A stretch of 64,000 bases of DNA from NCBI GenBank assembly GCA_025786725.1, contig JAHLTZ010000005.1:186001-250000 (forward strand). Direction: 5' to 3'. Numbering within the stretch: the first letter of the stretch is position 1; every line of letters begins with the position of its first letter. The stretch is from Syncephalis fuscata S228 (Eukaryota > Fungi > Zoopagomycota). Position numbers and translations under genes: made by a program. Shown one piece after another: positions 13,994 to 29,624 of the stretch. The notes beneath the pieces were generated by a model that saw nothing but the letters and a program-made list of their open reading frames with translations, had not been told where the DNA came from and searched no databases.

Positions 13994-16900
13994 CTATACA
14001 GGAGCCGTTTGAAGTTTGTCGATGGCCATTCCATTGTAATTATTCTTTAGCATATCATTCTTTGTACTATTATCTTGTTGCGGTTGTTGCTTCTCACTAT
14101 CCGCTTGTTCTTGGTCCTCGTCTTCATTCTCTTCTTTAATTTGATCATTGGTACCTAATACTGGTAAAGTACTTTTAATTTCGCGTACTTTACAGCCAGA
14201 AGCCAGTAGTTCGGCCATTGCCATCTGTAATTCGTCGTTCATCATGGCACTTTGACGTTTACGTGCCACTTCAAAACGTTCGGCTGCTTCGCGTTCTTCC
14301 CGTTCCTCCTCGGTTTCCGGCTCTTGGAACTCTTCGGCCGTCACAGAAATACCCATCTTCTTTAGTAGGCGTGGTATTGCAACACGATAACCAAGATGGC
14401 CACGTACTTCGCTAGTCACATCAACATTTTCTAGACCACGTATTCCTTCAAGTGCGGTAAGACCGGCCACTGGATGGCGGGCACCTACACGATACAAGAA
14501 GCCAAGCACCCAGTCTTTTTGATGATAGCCATTAATAACACGGCCAGCCACCACACTTGTTGCTTCTTCCCATACTTCACGTGTGGCAGTAATAGGTGTG
14601 CCAAATAAGAATACATCTTCAACAATGCCAAAGGCATGTACACGCGCCAACTCGACCAAACAATAGAAAATAACTCGTGCGCCTAGTGAGTAGCCGCATA
14701 GAGTGACTGGCCTAAAGCCTTGATTACGATGTAGTAGTGTATCGGCTAGAATAAGGCCTGCTTTACGTGCACGATCCAAGCCAATAGACCACGGATTATC
14801 AACCAAATAACCAAGTTTTGTTAGCGCTAATGGCCAAGCAAGCCCAGCCATTAATGATGCTAGCACTGTATGCGCTAGCGCTGTTTGCACGGCCTGACTA
14901 AGTACTTCACCTGCAAGGATTTTAAGTACACTGCCCAATTCATAGAGCAGCTTTGGCTCCCAACAAAGGCAAAACTGATCGCCAATATCTGGATCTAGAA
15001 CGCTGAAAGGTAGCCAGACATCTTCTTCACAGGTAAGCCAGCCACTTATACATAAAATAACATTAACACGCTTCTGATCGACTAGCGGATGGAACTGGAA
15101 TACTTGAATGCCTCTTGTTCGCTTATGCATCTTCTGGCCGGCCAATCCACCGCCCGTCAGCACACCCCCGTAGTAATTAGTGCAACACCCCCTGTATGCG
15201 CTAAAAAGGCACCGGTACCTGCCACGCCAATACCTGAAAATCCAGCTGCTAGACCAGCACCGATAGCTGGTGCTAATAAACCGGCCGATAATCCAAGCAT
15301 TAAACCGCCGCCAAGTGTAGCCAATCCTAATAATGCCCAGCGACGGCCACGGCCTTCACGATTACGTGCTTCAGAGTCACGCATTTCATGCTTCATTGTC
15401 TCGGCAACTTCGTCATTAATACGCAGTTGTTCAGCAACACGTCGCTCCATCTGTACAATATCTTCCCAATCAAGTTCAAGATCATTTGCCATATCTTTTA
15501 AAAGAAGACGCGCACGTGCATCATATTGAGACTCGGAAATAATTAATAAAAATAAATCAGCAAAACAGTCCATCGCACGTCCATAGCAATTGTCTGTGCT
15601 ATATTTGTCATATCACTTGTTATCGATTGGCTTGATTGGGTGTCTTTGACGTTAAAGACGTAATTGATGTACTGATTCGCTTCTTTGCAAAGGCAAAGGA
15701 GAGAAAGTAGCAGCTGACTCGGTTGGTACAAGCGTATCGGCCTCACTACTAACCATACTATCAGCACTACTGGCTGGTGGCGCTTCACATGTTTCAATCG
15801 TTGGTATATTGACTTCTTTGCAGTCAATAATAAGTGTTTTGGCTACATCGCTTGGTAGTACACCGTGTCCACTCATATTCTCTACCATCTTTTGTTCTAA
15901 TAAAGCATTAAATTATGTTAGTATTGATTATTCAGTATGCATATATCCTTGATGCACATTGTTATGTACCTTCTGGTGATAAGCCCATATGAAGATAAAG
16001 CTTGCGTAGTAGCTGGCGTGAAAAGTTCATGGCACTGGCCCAGCCAGCCTTTTTCTCCTGTCCAACGGCTGCCTTGCCCGTATAGCGTTCGGCCAAGATA
16101 AGATAGCATAGACCAACGTAGGCAATCTTTTGTCGTTCGTCAAATACGCTTTTAGTATCTAGTTCGCTATTATCTTCGCCTTTAAGGCCACTTGGTGTTT
16201 CGGATTCCGATACCGGTACACTTGCTGTATCGGCATTCTCTAGCGTAGGCATAACGGAAGGTGGTCGGAAAGTAGGTGTCGGTGGTCGTTGCTGCTGCCA
16301 TGAAGAGACTGAATCGATTGAATCAGTTCGTGAACGACGACCCGATAACGATGATACAGGGGAAACAGGTGTCGATAGTGGAAAATCAACCTTTTGAGAA
16401 GGTGGAGCTGCTCGTTGGGCCACTCGATACTTGACGGCATCTGATTCGGTGGGAAGACCCGCCCGTCGAATTTCATCGACCAGATCTGTGTCACTTGTAA
16501 GTGCACCAGGTGCAGAAACGGTACTATGCGCATCATTTTCCTCATCACTCCAATCACCACCAGCATTAAGTCGTCGTAATGCCTCAGATACGGCTGGTTT
16601 ACGTATTGGTACCTGTTTTTCCATTGTCATTGTCAGATCTAATTCGTTTATAGGTGAAAAGGAGGATAAAAGCTCTTTAGCTGCAGGACTTAGTGAGGTA
16701 TCGGCAGTTACTTGGCTACTACTAGTCTTTTCTTTATCAAGATTTGATGTTGATGCGTAACTAGTCCACGAAGTACGCCAAGAATCACGAAGACTATAGG
16801 TACGCGACGACGCGTAACTGGCACGGCGTCCGTATGAGCGACTTGATTGAACGCTGTAACGAGATGTATAATGTTCTGTTGACTCTTCAGCTGGCTGAAT

Positions 16901-17320
16901 ACCAATAGATTGAGTATAGTTTTTGGCTAGTAAATCACTAAATCTATTAGCGCTAGCGTTTGTTAATGTCTTTTCCTTTGTTGTGTCAGCTTCTTTGCGT
17001 AGCTGTTCAAGTGTATAACCTTGACTAAGCGGACTACGAACGACACAATTGGAGCTGGCCGTTAATGTACGACGTCGATGTTGTAGCCTATGATTGGCAA
17101 TATCAGTATCAATAAAAAGCGGCTTTTCCTCCAAATCACTGTTAATATCTTTATTAAAATCAAATAGCTGCTGCGATAAAGGTTGCTGCTCCAGCTGTTC
17201 TAGCTGTTGCTGCTGTTGTTGTTGTTGTTGTTGTTGTTGTTGTATTTGTTCTGGCTGTTGTTCAATAGGAATGGAACGAGACAAGTCTTGTTCTAGTGAT
17301 TGTGTACTCGTAACCGTCAT
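13994..17320 (-). CDS. DUF726/TMCO4 (Mil1-like) membrane protein with alpha/beta-hydrolase motif; several apparent frameshifts
   Basis: QKIAYVGLC, DVRWTV, YDARAR, GLATLGGGL..GLSAGLLAP, VDNPW, RPVTLCGYSLGARVI, DWVLGFLYR; one intron ~15967-15896. Confidence 0.9.
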
Positions 17321-18049
17321 ACTCTATTGAAAGTGTACGGCCACGTACCCACTAATAAGCGGGCTATTCAAGAAAGTAAGGAAAATAAACGCAAGATGAG
17401 ATGAGAAATGGCAAGAAATGAATACTTGGGAAAATGGTACTCCGCTTTAGTTGAAGGGACCAACTTTGTTCCGTATTTTGAAATACGAGAGAAAAGGGGA
17501 GTGCAATTGTCCAATACTTGCTTGGTTTCTTTATAATTCAGCGGTTATTTATTGGCAGTTTAATAGACGTGAGTGCCGCATAGGTGCATGCTGATAGATA
17601 GATGTACAGATGGACGGGTATACCGGCTATTGTTGTTGTTTGATAGTATTAAACACTTATATTGGTCAGTAAAAATAGTATATTTGTAGTACGGTGTGTT
17701 ACCTAAGCTATAATAGTGAAATACAAGCCAGCAATACTGCATAGGCCTAGTTGTGCCAGTATACACAACATCTATATCCATCACTTTGGTAACTTACTCC
17801 ATATAAATTGTTTGATATTCATATTATGACTGACTTTAAATGTATTTAATATTAGTAATTGTATGTTAATTATCGTGGGTTATTATGCTATAACTTGTTA
17901 TGTGCTATTAATTCATCATTAATAATAATAGTATAATGATATATTCAGATATTGTAGATAAATAAATGATAAAACTATTAATGTATTAAACTGTAGTATT
18001 TTATTATTATTCATTTAATAAACAAACAATTTTTATTACAATCACTGCT

Positions 18050-18310
18050 TTACTGTTGACATTTTTTATGGATATACTTATTTTTGCTATTTGTTATCTA
18101 ATCTTATTACATTATTGTTTTACTGTTGACGTTGTTCTATAGTTATATTTAGTTTTATGCAATTAATTTTATTCTTTTTTTATTCTATCATTTGAACAAC
18201 TCTTCCAACTGTATTTCAATTTGTTCATAATCTTTTTATGTACAGTTTTATTCAATTTATAACTTATATTAGCATATTGTACATATCATCTTATTTATTA
18301 ATTAAATAAA
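18050..18310. repeat. Dispersed repeat, second copy at 63820-64000
   Basis: Shared aacaactcttcca..tgtatttcaatttgttcata.tctttttatgtacag..ttattcaatttat..ttatttattaattaaata. Confidence 0.8.
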
Positions 18311-18339
18311 AATAACCATTTTTTTGTAAACATTAAACA

Positions 18340-19275
18340 ATTTATTAACTATTTAATATGATTTAGTGGTCAAATGACTAACATCAATAACATCAAGCTA
18401 TTGAACATGCTGGTAAGTGGTGAATGACATCAATCATCAAATAATCATCATCATAGATTTATTATTCAGTATGCATATATCCATCATTTACTTGTATTAT
18501 TTCCATTTTATGCTATATTAAACACATTCCATTGTTTATATGTTCCAATAAACTTCATTCGGCCCACTCATTGCATTATATGCGCTATAACTTTGACATC
18601 ACTTTTTATGCTTTCTTACCATACATTTATCGTTTTATATATCATTCTATACTCGTCTAGTCTTCCTCTATCCAAAACTATTTTATTTTTGTTCTAGCTT
18701 TATTATTACAAATGTCGACCAATGTCGTCATCTTTTCATGCATATATGCTCAATAACTTTAACATAGCTAATTGTCATTCTAAACCGTATATTCTTTATG
18801 TTGCATACTATTTATTGGCTAATAACTATGCGCTAGCTATTGCCGTTGCTCTTTTGGCTTTAAAGTATTACTAATAAATCTCATCTATTTATTTAGCAAG
18901 TTATATGTAGTTGAACCTATAACAATAGAATGTGTTTACTATATTGTATAATATATATATATATGAACAGAAGGGGAATGATATAGATGAATAGAGTATA
19001 TATGTGTACTGAATACATGCATATGGATAATCAATCTACAATGATAAGTATTTGATGATCATGTCATTTACCACCCACCATTATGTTCAATAAATTGGAT
19101 GTTATTGGGTTTTAGTCATTTGTCTCCCAAAAAGCAATAAGAGTGATGATGTGATGATTAAATAAAACTCACCACTTGTTCTCATGTTCAATAGATTGAA
19201 TGTGTAGTTCAATTACGCAAATGTTATTAAAAATAGTCATTTGACTCCAAATCACACCAAACTATTAATAAAATG
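18340..19275. mobile_element. MITE-like element with imperfect terminal inverted repeats and a duplicated right end
   Basis: 18370-18480 is an imperfect reverse complement of 19010-19122; second right end 19165-19275; related copies near 1205, 23135 and 43260; no ORF. Confidence 0.6.
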
Positions 19276-19346
19276 TGAATAAAAGGCATGAAAATAAAAG
19301 TAATATCAATGACTTTTATTTAATGTTTGCAACTAAAGTTTACCAG

Positions 19347-21348
19347 TCACAGTATAAATGCTTCGTATGCTCCATTATTCATGTTAATTCGACCAACAAT
19401 AGCATTTGATGCATAGTATTTAAAACGCTTTAAGTATCTATCGCGATTTGAAAATGGCTGAGGTCCATCTTCCATTTGTCTGCTAATAAGACGTGCTGAC
19501 GGTTTACAAATAAGACCAGTGTGCATGTCAACAAGGTAATTTTTTTTGAATTCCCCATCAAACATTGCACATAAAGATCCAAGCAAAGGAACAAGATTTG
19601 AATGATGTGAACAAACGATTGAACGCAATAAATCTCCATTTCGAGCATCCAGTATATCATATTTCTTAACATTTTGAACAATGATCAGCTTCTCGCTGTA
19701 TAGCTTCGTAACGGTATTGTTGCCAATAGTTCGAGTCCATAATATACGTGCTTGTTCTGAACTATCGATTGGCAATAGTTGCTCATAGTCTTTGGCATCA
19801 AATAAAAACTCTGGTGAATTATTCGATGATAGCTTTCCTAGTGCAAATAAAGAGAGCAATGCTTTAAACGTTCCATTACAGATTTCTTCTTCGCCTTTAG
19901 TTGCGTCATGTAGAATGACTAAACACATTCTAGATGTATATACCTCGGATTTGATGATGGCATTTGGGTAATATGGAAAATCAATTTGGCCTGACAATAT
20001 CTTTTTACATTGAGACTGACCTGTTTGAAAATCAGACAGTTTCCATGCAACGCGTATTGCTGGATAGTCATTGCTAATAATTTCCACATTTTGTGCAGCA
20101 GTGGACGTAGAAGTATCGCTAGTTTTGAGGAATTTACGTGTTATTTTCCAATTTAGCACCTGGCATTGGTCACGGCAAGCAACCTGAATAGAACTGGATG
20201 CAAAAGCACCAAGTGAAACTTCTATCCATTGACTTTCGTTGCAACTGTATAAATGAAATTCAAAGCGCAGTAAATTTATATTAGATATACGAAAAAGCAT
20301 CCAATCGTTATAAGCATCAACTAGTTTTGGCATAAACCCCACCCATTCTTCTCCAGGGCCGCCATCAAAATAGATAATGTTAGGAGGTGAGTTGTTGTCG
20401 ATAGGCCATACTAAAATGGCATCTCGTGCATCAAATTCTTGCTTCTCTGAAGATTCAATGATCGCTGAATCAGTAGAAGCTTCATCTTTATTCTTTTTGG
20501 TACGCCGTGCTTTCGCTTTAGACCATTTTACTATTGTTAATATTATTAATAAATACTTATTATTATTATTATTATTATTAATCATTAGTACTTACCTACT
20601 GGGTCGCCGACGTAAGTTGCTTTTAAATCTTCATATGCATTCATCATAACACCTGCCACAACAAATCGGTTTGTTCCACAAATAAAGTGTATATGACGTA
20701 TAATATCAGGCGCCGATAAAATACTAATCATTTCTTTTCCAATTATTTTCTTGCCGCTGTGTTCATTTCCTTCATCGAAAACATCATGATGAATTGGCCA
20801 TATTCGTTTAAATGTTTTATCACATACTAGTGCATTCCATGGATTTATGTTGATTATTTTCAGCTCCATGCCTTCTTTAAATGGCAGTTGGCATTGCCGC
20901 CTGTTAAATTGGCCTACCGTCAAATTGTAACTGGCCTGTTGGCGACGTTGATAGGCATGGCACCATTGGATGGTAGCAAACCAGGAATCAATGAAGAATC
21001 ACTAGCAAGCGATGTAGGTTCGCTATCGCTGTTAGTAACGGTTGTAACGGCAGACAATAGCAAACGCTTTCGCTTCTTATTTATTCTAAGTGTAGCCACT
21101 CTTGATTTTGCTATAGTGTCTGTACACCAGATAAACCATGAAAGCCATTCTTGTTCGCGTCTATCGCTCAGACAAAATGTTTGGAAATATCGTTGTTTCC
21201 AAATATATGACCGACCAGTCACTATTTGGTATATAAACTGGCAACTCATGGCGAAAAGTGTCAACGTTTTGTCATCCATGAAATTGCACAGATACAATAA
21301 AACATCCAAGTTCTTCCACAAACGCTCATTGCTAGTGCTTAAAGACAT
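19347..21348 (-). CDS. F-box-like protein (apparent 1-bp deletion near 20978)
   Basis: N-terminal LDVLLYLCNFMDDKTLTLFAMSCQFIYQIV...IWKQRY F-box-like pattern; intron 20595-20531. Confidence 0.65.
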
Positions 21349-23134
21349 TGTAAACTAAAAGTGGCCTTGTTAACAAAGTTATACGACAAATAGAATGGAA
21401 AGTATATGTCGTAAGAATAAGACAAGACGCACAACCGTGAGCTAATTTATTCTTTTCACAGTAAAATGGTTACACAGTTGCGTGTGTTTATTAGAGTGTA
21501 ATGTACATTAAAATTACATATAAACGCAACGAATTACATACAAGACTAGATAATTGTATTATTATTTATTAAATGGCCGATTGTCGCGAATCTAGTTAAT
21601 CAACCGGCGTTGTAATTAGTAATAAAGCTTATGAAGTCGTCGCGACTGCAATGAATATACAAAATCGTCATTATGGTGATGACATGTTTGTGAAACTGGT
21701 CTCGCTTTTGTTACACGATTGGTATCCAGGGCGAGTGACTCACTAATTTTATATTGAATATCTGGCAGATGTAGCATTACATACGTATTCAATAAATCAT
21801 ATGTTGCAACGTTCATAAAAATGCTGTCACTCTATCATCTGTTTTATCGCATTGTAAATACATCGCTACTATTGCCATTCAGCCAATGTAAAAAATGAAA
21901 TAAAGACTTTTTTATTACAGGCAGAAAAAGTGGTCTATTGAACATTACACGAATATTTACTTATTAGAGCTAACTGTGCGACATATTGGCTTAGACTGTC
22001 TCAGGCGAGACATGTTTTATTACGATAGTTATCGTAATGATTATGTATAAGATGGCTTTACCGTTTCCCCCAACTAAACGTCGTGCTTTTATCTTCTCTT
22101 GCTATTCTTTATCGCTCAAGGTAATTTACACTCCTTTTCATTTACTATTCTTTGTTGTCTGATATGGTTTACGTCCGTTATACGCTTAATAACTACAAGG
22201 TTACTGCTCCTTACTGTTTTGCATAATTAAGCTAAGTAAATTGACATGTGTGGTGCAATGCAGTTGTGCCTTTTACTATGTGAGCATTCGTACATATGTA
22301 GTCAACTAGACACTATATGGTTCCGTGGCATGCGTTTTAACACGCTGCAAACGGTATTAGATTGCGCATAGTAAAATGGCCTTCTGTTTAGTGAATATGG
22401 AGTTTGCTATGTGTTTGTGTTAGTTACATTGATAAGTATTTGGATGTATAGACAACATGAGGTCGGCACTACAAATATCGTTTGTATTTAAATTGATTTG
22501 GATGGAACGATAGGATTGAATGTTGTTTTACGACGCCTACTAGTTGGATTCTTCATGAAAGTGTATAGGATTTATATGACACAACGTATACAAACTATCT
22601 CCATAAACATGCAGAGAAAAGTAGTAGTCGTGCAGTTGTTTGGTAATTGTGGGTTGGGTTTATATGTTTAGTCCTTTAATCTAGAAGTACAAATAACAAC
22701 ACTATCTGGCCTCTTTCGCTATAGTGCTGATTTTCATAGGTCGAGTAATTCTCCCTCTCTGGCATTATTGTGGATCATAGTTATTTAAAATGACTGTTCC
22801 GAGTGCTTATTAATGTGATTGCTTAACAAGCAGCATTGCTGTAATTGATTACATGACAGTTTACTTATGTTGTACTAAATAGGTATAAATCCAAGGAATG
22901 CTTACATTCATCAAGAATAGGGCCATAATACACCATCTGATTATTTGATTGCATTGTTGTATTAGTATCCAAGTAGTTCTTTATTAAATAAAAATATCTT
23001 TTATGCAAATATTATGCTATTGCAATTAGTTACATCCAATATGAATGCAGTCACGCCAGTTATTTTAATACTGATATCAATGGTTTATTTAGTTATTTTA
23101 TTTGTGCCAATATATTACCGTCATATTATACAGT

Positions 23135-23315
23135 TTATTAACCATTTAATGTTTTGTTTTGGTGGTTAAATGACTAAACTTGACAATTAATCTACAATGA
23201 TGAGTATTTTGATGGCTGATGTTATTCACCATCCATCATGTTCAATCGAAAGAATGCTTAGCTTAAATGTGTAAATATAGCCATTTGATCTCAAATCAAT
23301 ATTAAATGTGTTTAA
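23135..23315. mobile_element. Internally deleted copy of the MITE-like family
   Basis: Left end ggttaaatgactaa joined directly to right-end sequence aatctacaatgatgagtattt...catgttcaat...ccatttg. Confidence 0.5.
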
Positions 23316-23840
23316 TATAATAATTGAAATAATACAAATAAAGCACTGACATTATTATTAAAATGAGCATGTCAATGTAATTGTATTAAATGTAACTAAT
23401 TGTAATATGTTTATTTTTTATTTAATTCATTAACAAACTAAATAAGATATATAATAATATATTGCTACTATTCTATTTGGAGTAAAATAATAAACACATT
23501 ACTAACATTACACTAATCTTAAATGACCTATAATGAAGCTTGTTAATATTTGATAATACTTACAGTAAATTTGGTTGAAGTAGTACTAAATGTATAAATA
23601 TTATTCGTTGTTATAGCTATATGAAAATGTAATATGACGTTTAAATCAACGTAGTTGTGGAATACTAATGAGCCAATGGCCATGTAAATGATAAATAAAA
23701 GGCGTTGTATAGTCATTGACATAAGTACTAAGACAGAAACTATTCAAATATTTTATTGTAGGAAAGGCAAAAATATTCACAAAATACGTTGTTGCCACAT
23801 ATTCCATGATTAAAGTAAAAAGCGAATAAACTAGCAATGG

Positions 23841-25741
23841 TTATGGAAGTGGAGGTGTTGTCGTCGAGTTGATCGCATCCAATTGGGTCGACATTAGCAA
23901 GGCGTGCGCAACTCGCTTCTCTTGTTCAGCGTGTTCACGCTTAAGTTGCTCGAGTTTAGCAACCGCTGCTTCTTTCGCTGCACGACATTTAGTCTTCATT
24001 TCAGAGCATAAAAAGTCCAAATCGTCTTCGGACAATACGCCAGAAGCACAGTACTCTTCAAGCTTTCTCTCGTCGGCCACCGATGCAGCAACATGATGCT
24101 GAGTCGTATCATTCAAGTTAACAGGTGATTCCATGCCGGTAAGTCCTTCTAGTGGCACAATAGCCGCTGAAGGCAGGCTATTGGCGGTGTCGTCAAACAC
24201 AAGAGGCTGGCCATTTGCGCCGGGCACCGGTGCTTCAACTGGCTCGCTAAGTAAAGCACTTAATGAGCTAGTATCACGATAATCAGTGAAAAGTGGATTA
24301 TTGATGTTTTGTCCAAATAGCGCTAACGTATCGGTGTTGAAAATATCCGGTGAGCTAAACGCAACAAATGGTGATGTCATTTGGCTAGGCTGTGATAAAC
24401 AAGGACTTTGTGCTGCACTCGAAGTTGAGGCCGGTGCCAAAGGTGGAAAGAGCTGGCTAGCTAGCAACTCTTGCATAGCCAATGCTGTGGCTGGTGAATT
24501 GGCCCCTTGCCCGAATGGATCATTGCTAAGCATCGATGATGCAGTATCGGGTGTTGCATAAGCACCGGCAAGTAAAGCATTTGCTGATTGAGATGATGCT
24601 TGTGACTGAGATGCAAGTAATTGCAACGCAGCTGCGCTTGCATTAGCAACAGATGTTGCCGCAGCTGGAGATGATGATGATAGTGCTGTTAATGCTGGTG
24701 TTGCAGGAATAGAATGGGTAGTGGCTGCTGTTGTTGATGCCGATGCGAGTGATTGACTATTGACCATAGAAAGGCTAGTGGCATCCTTAGCAGCAGACAT
24801 AGCAGCAGCAGCAGCTTGTAGCATTTGTTGTAAAGCAATGGTATCTGCATCAGATATCTCTGACGTGCCATATATATTGTTATCGTCATTGCTAACTTCG
24901 GGCGGTGTTTGCAAATGGCTTAATTGTTCAAGTGGACTAACTGGCGATGGATGACCAACCTGTTGCGCATACATCGCTGAATTCGATGTGCTAATACTTC
25001 TATTATGCTGCTGTTGGTGTTGCGGCTGGCTGCTGCTGCTGCTGCTGCTGATACTTGTTCATTTGTGTCGTATCGGCCATCACTGGTGGCTGAAAGGTAA
25101 ACTGAATCTCTTTTAATGAGCGATTTTCAGTTGTTAACTTCTTCACCAGGTCACGTAGCTGCTCATTCTCTTTACGTAGCTGATTGGATGCCTCCGAATC
25201 TTTAACACCGGTGGACATTGTCTCAAGTAGCTCAATGCGCTCCTCAAGCTCTTTAACATACTTGTCCTTGCGATCCCTAAATGCACGTTGTGCAGCCCGG
25301 TTTTGTGCCCGCCGTTTCTAGTACTACATAAGTATCGACTGCATGCATACATGAATACACCCACACTACTTACATCAGAGTTGGAGGCATTATTCGGCAA
25401 GTCGGTGTTGATAGGCTTGCGACCTGGCTTCTTAGGCGTTCCATCCTCTTCGTCTAAAATAAAAATTGTCAACCAATGCAGTCTATTGCAGCTTGACGTG
25501 TACATACCTTGAGAGTCGTATAGCTCAGTATCTAGCACAAGAAAAAACAAACAAACAATACAAACATACATACTCGTTAATACGCAGACTATACAATAAG
25601 CCAGCTCTGTTGCCAATGCTTACGATTTAGTTTGACAGGTAGCCGCTCAGCCGCTGTCTCACTCTTGCGCTTAAGTGTAGCATCAATCAAGCCGTTGTCC
25701 AAAAGGACAGGAACAGGAGCCGTCTGCATATTGGTCGCCAT
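23841..25741 (-). CDS. Yap1/Pap1-like AP-1 bZIP transcription factor
   Basis: KKPGRKP, KRRAQNRAAQRAFRDRKDKYVKELE basic region/zipper, C-terminal DDLDFLCSEMKTKC like the Yap1 c-CRD; apparent indel in polyQ near 25028. Confidence 0.85.
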
Positions 25742-25976
25742 GAATAATACAAACAAATAAAGAAAAGTATTGGTGGTGTGGGTAGGTGTGCGTGTGTGCG
25801 TGTATGTGTACGTATGTGTGAGTAATGTGCGTAGGTTGACAATAAAAAGAAAGTAACAGTGAAGTCGATAAGCAACTAACCGTGCAGTGCCAATACAGAT
25901 GAAAGCTGCAATGTGCGAAAGAGAGTGTGGGAGAACACTAAAGAAAGAAATTTGATCCTTTCAAACTGCGAGTATC

Positions 25977-25996
25977 TGTGTGTGTGTGTGTGTGTG
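25977..25996. repeat. (TG)n microsatellite upstream of the bZIP gene
   Basis: About 10 TG units. Confidence 0.8.
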
Positions 25997-26255
25997 GGTG
26001 TGTAAGTAGAGTGAGAAAGTGCGTGTGAGTGTGTGAAACAATTCAAAGTGGACTCTGGAAGCAAAAACGACTTAAAATACCAAGGCAGCTTTATACCCCC
26101 ATCCAATTAGACATGTGTATCAATTTATTTGTTTTAATCGGCCCTTTATCAATCGGCTGGGAACATAACAGAATAGTAGTAATATTAATGGCAATTATTG
26201 TAATAGCAAGGGCACCAGATAACGCCGCCAGAACGTCACGTGCTTGCTTGGTGAC

Positions 26256-29624
<3,369 letters not shown>

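Noticed and set aside
21600-22800. Coding-like composition between the F-box-like and bZIP genes
   Set aside because: Frequent stops and no recognisable domain
7528-25050. Programmed frameshifting or RNA editing as a general explanation for the frame breaks
   Set aside because: Breaks sit in short homopolymers or repeats in unrelated genes, the usual long-read error pattern; cannot be claimed without reads
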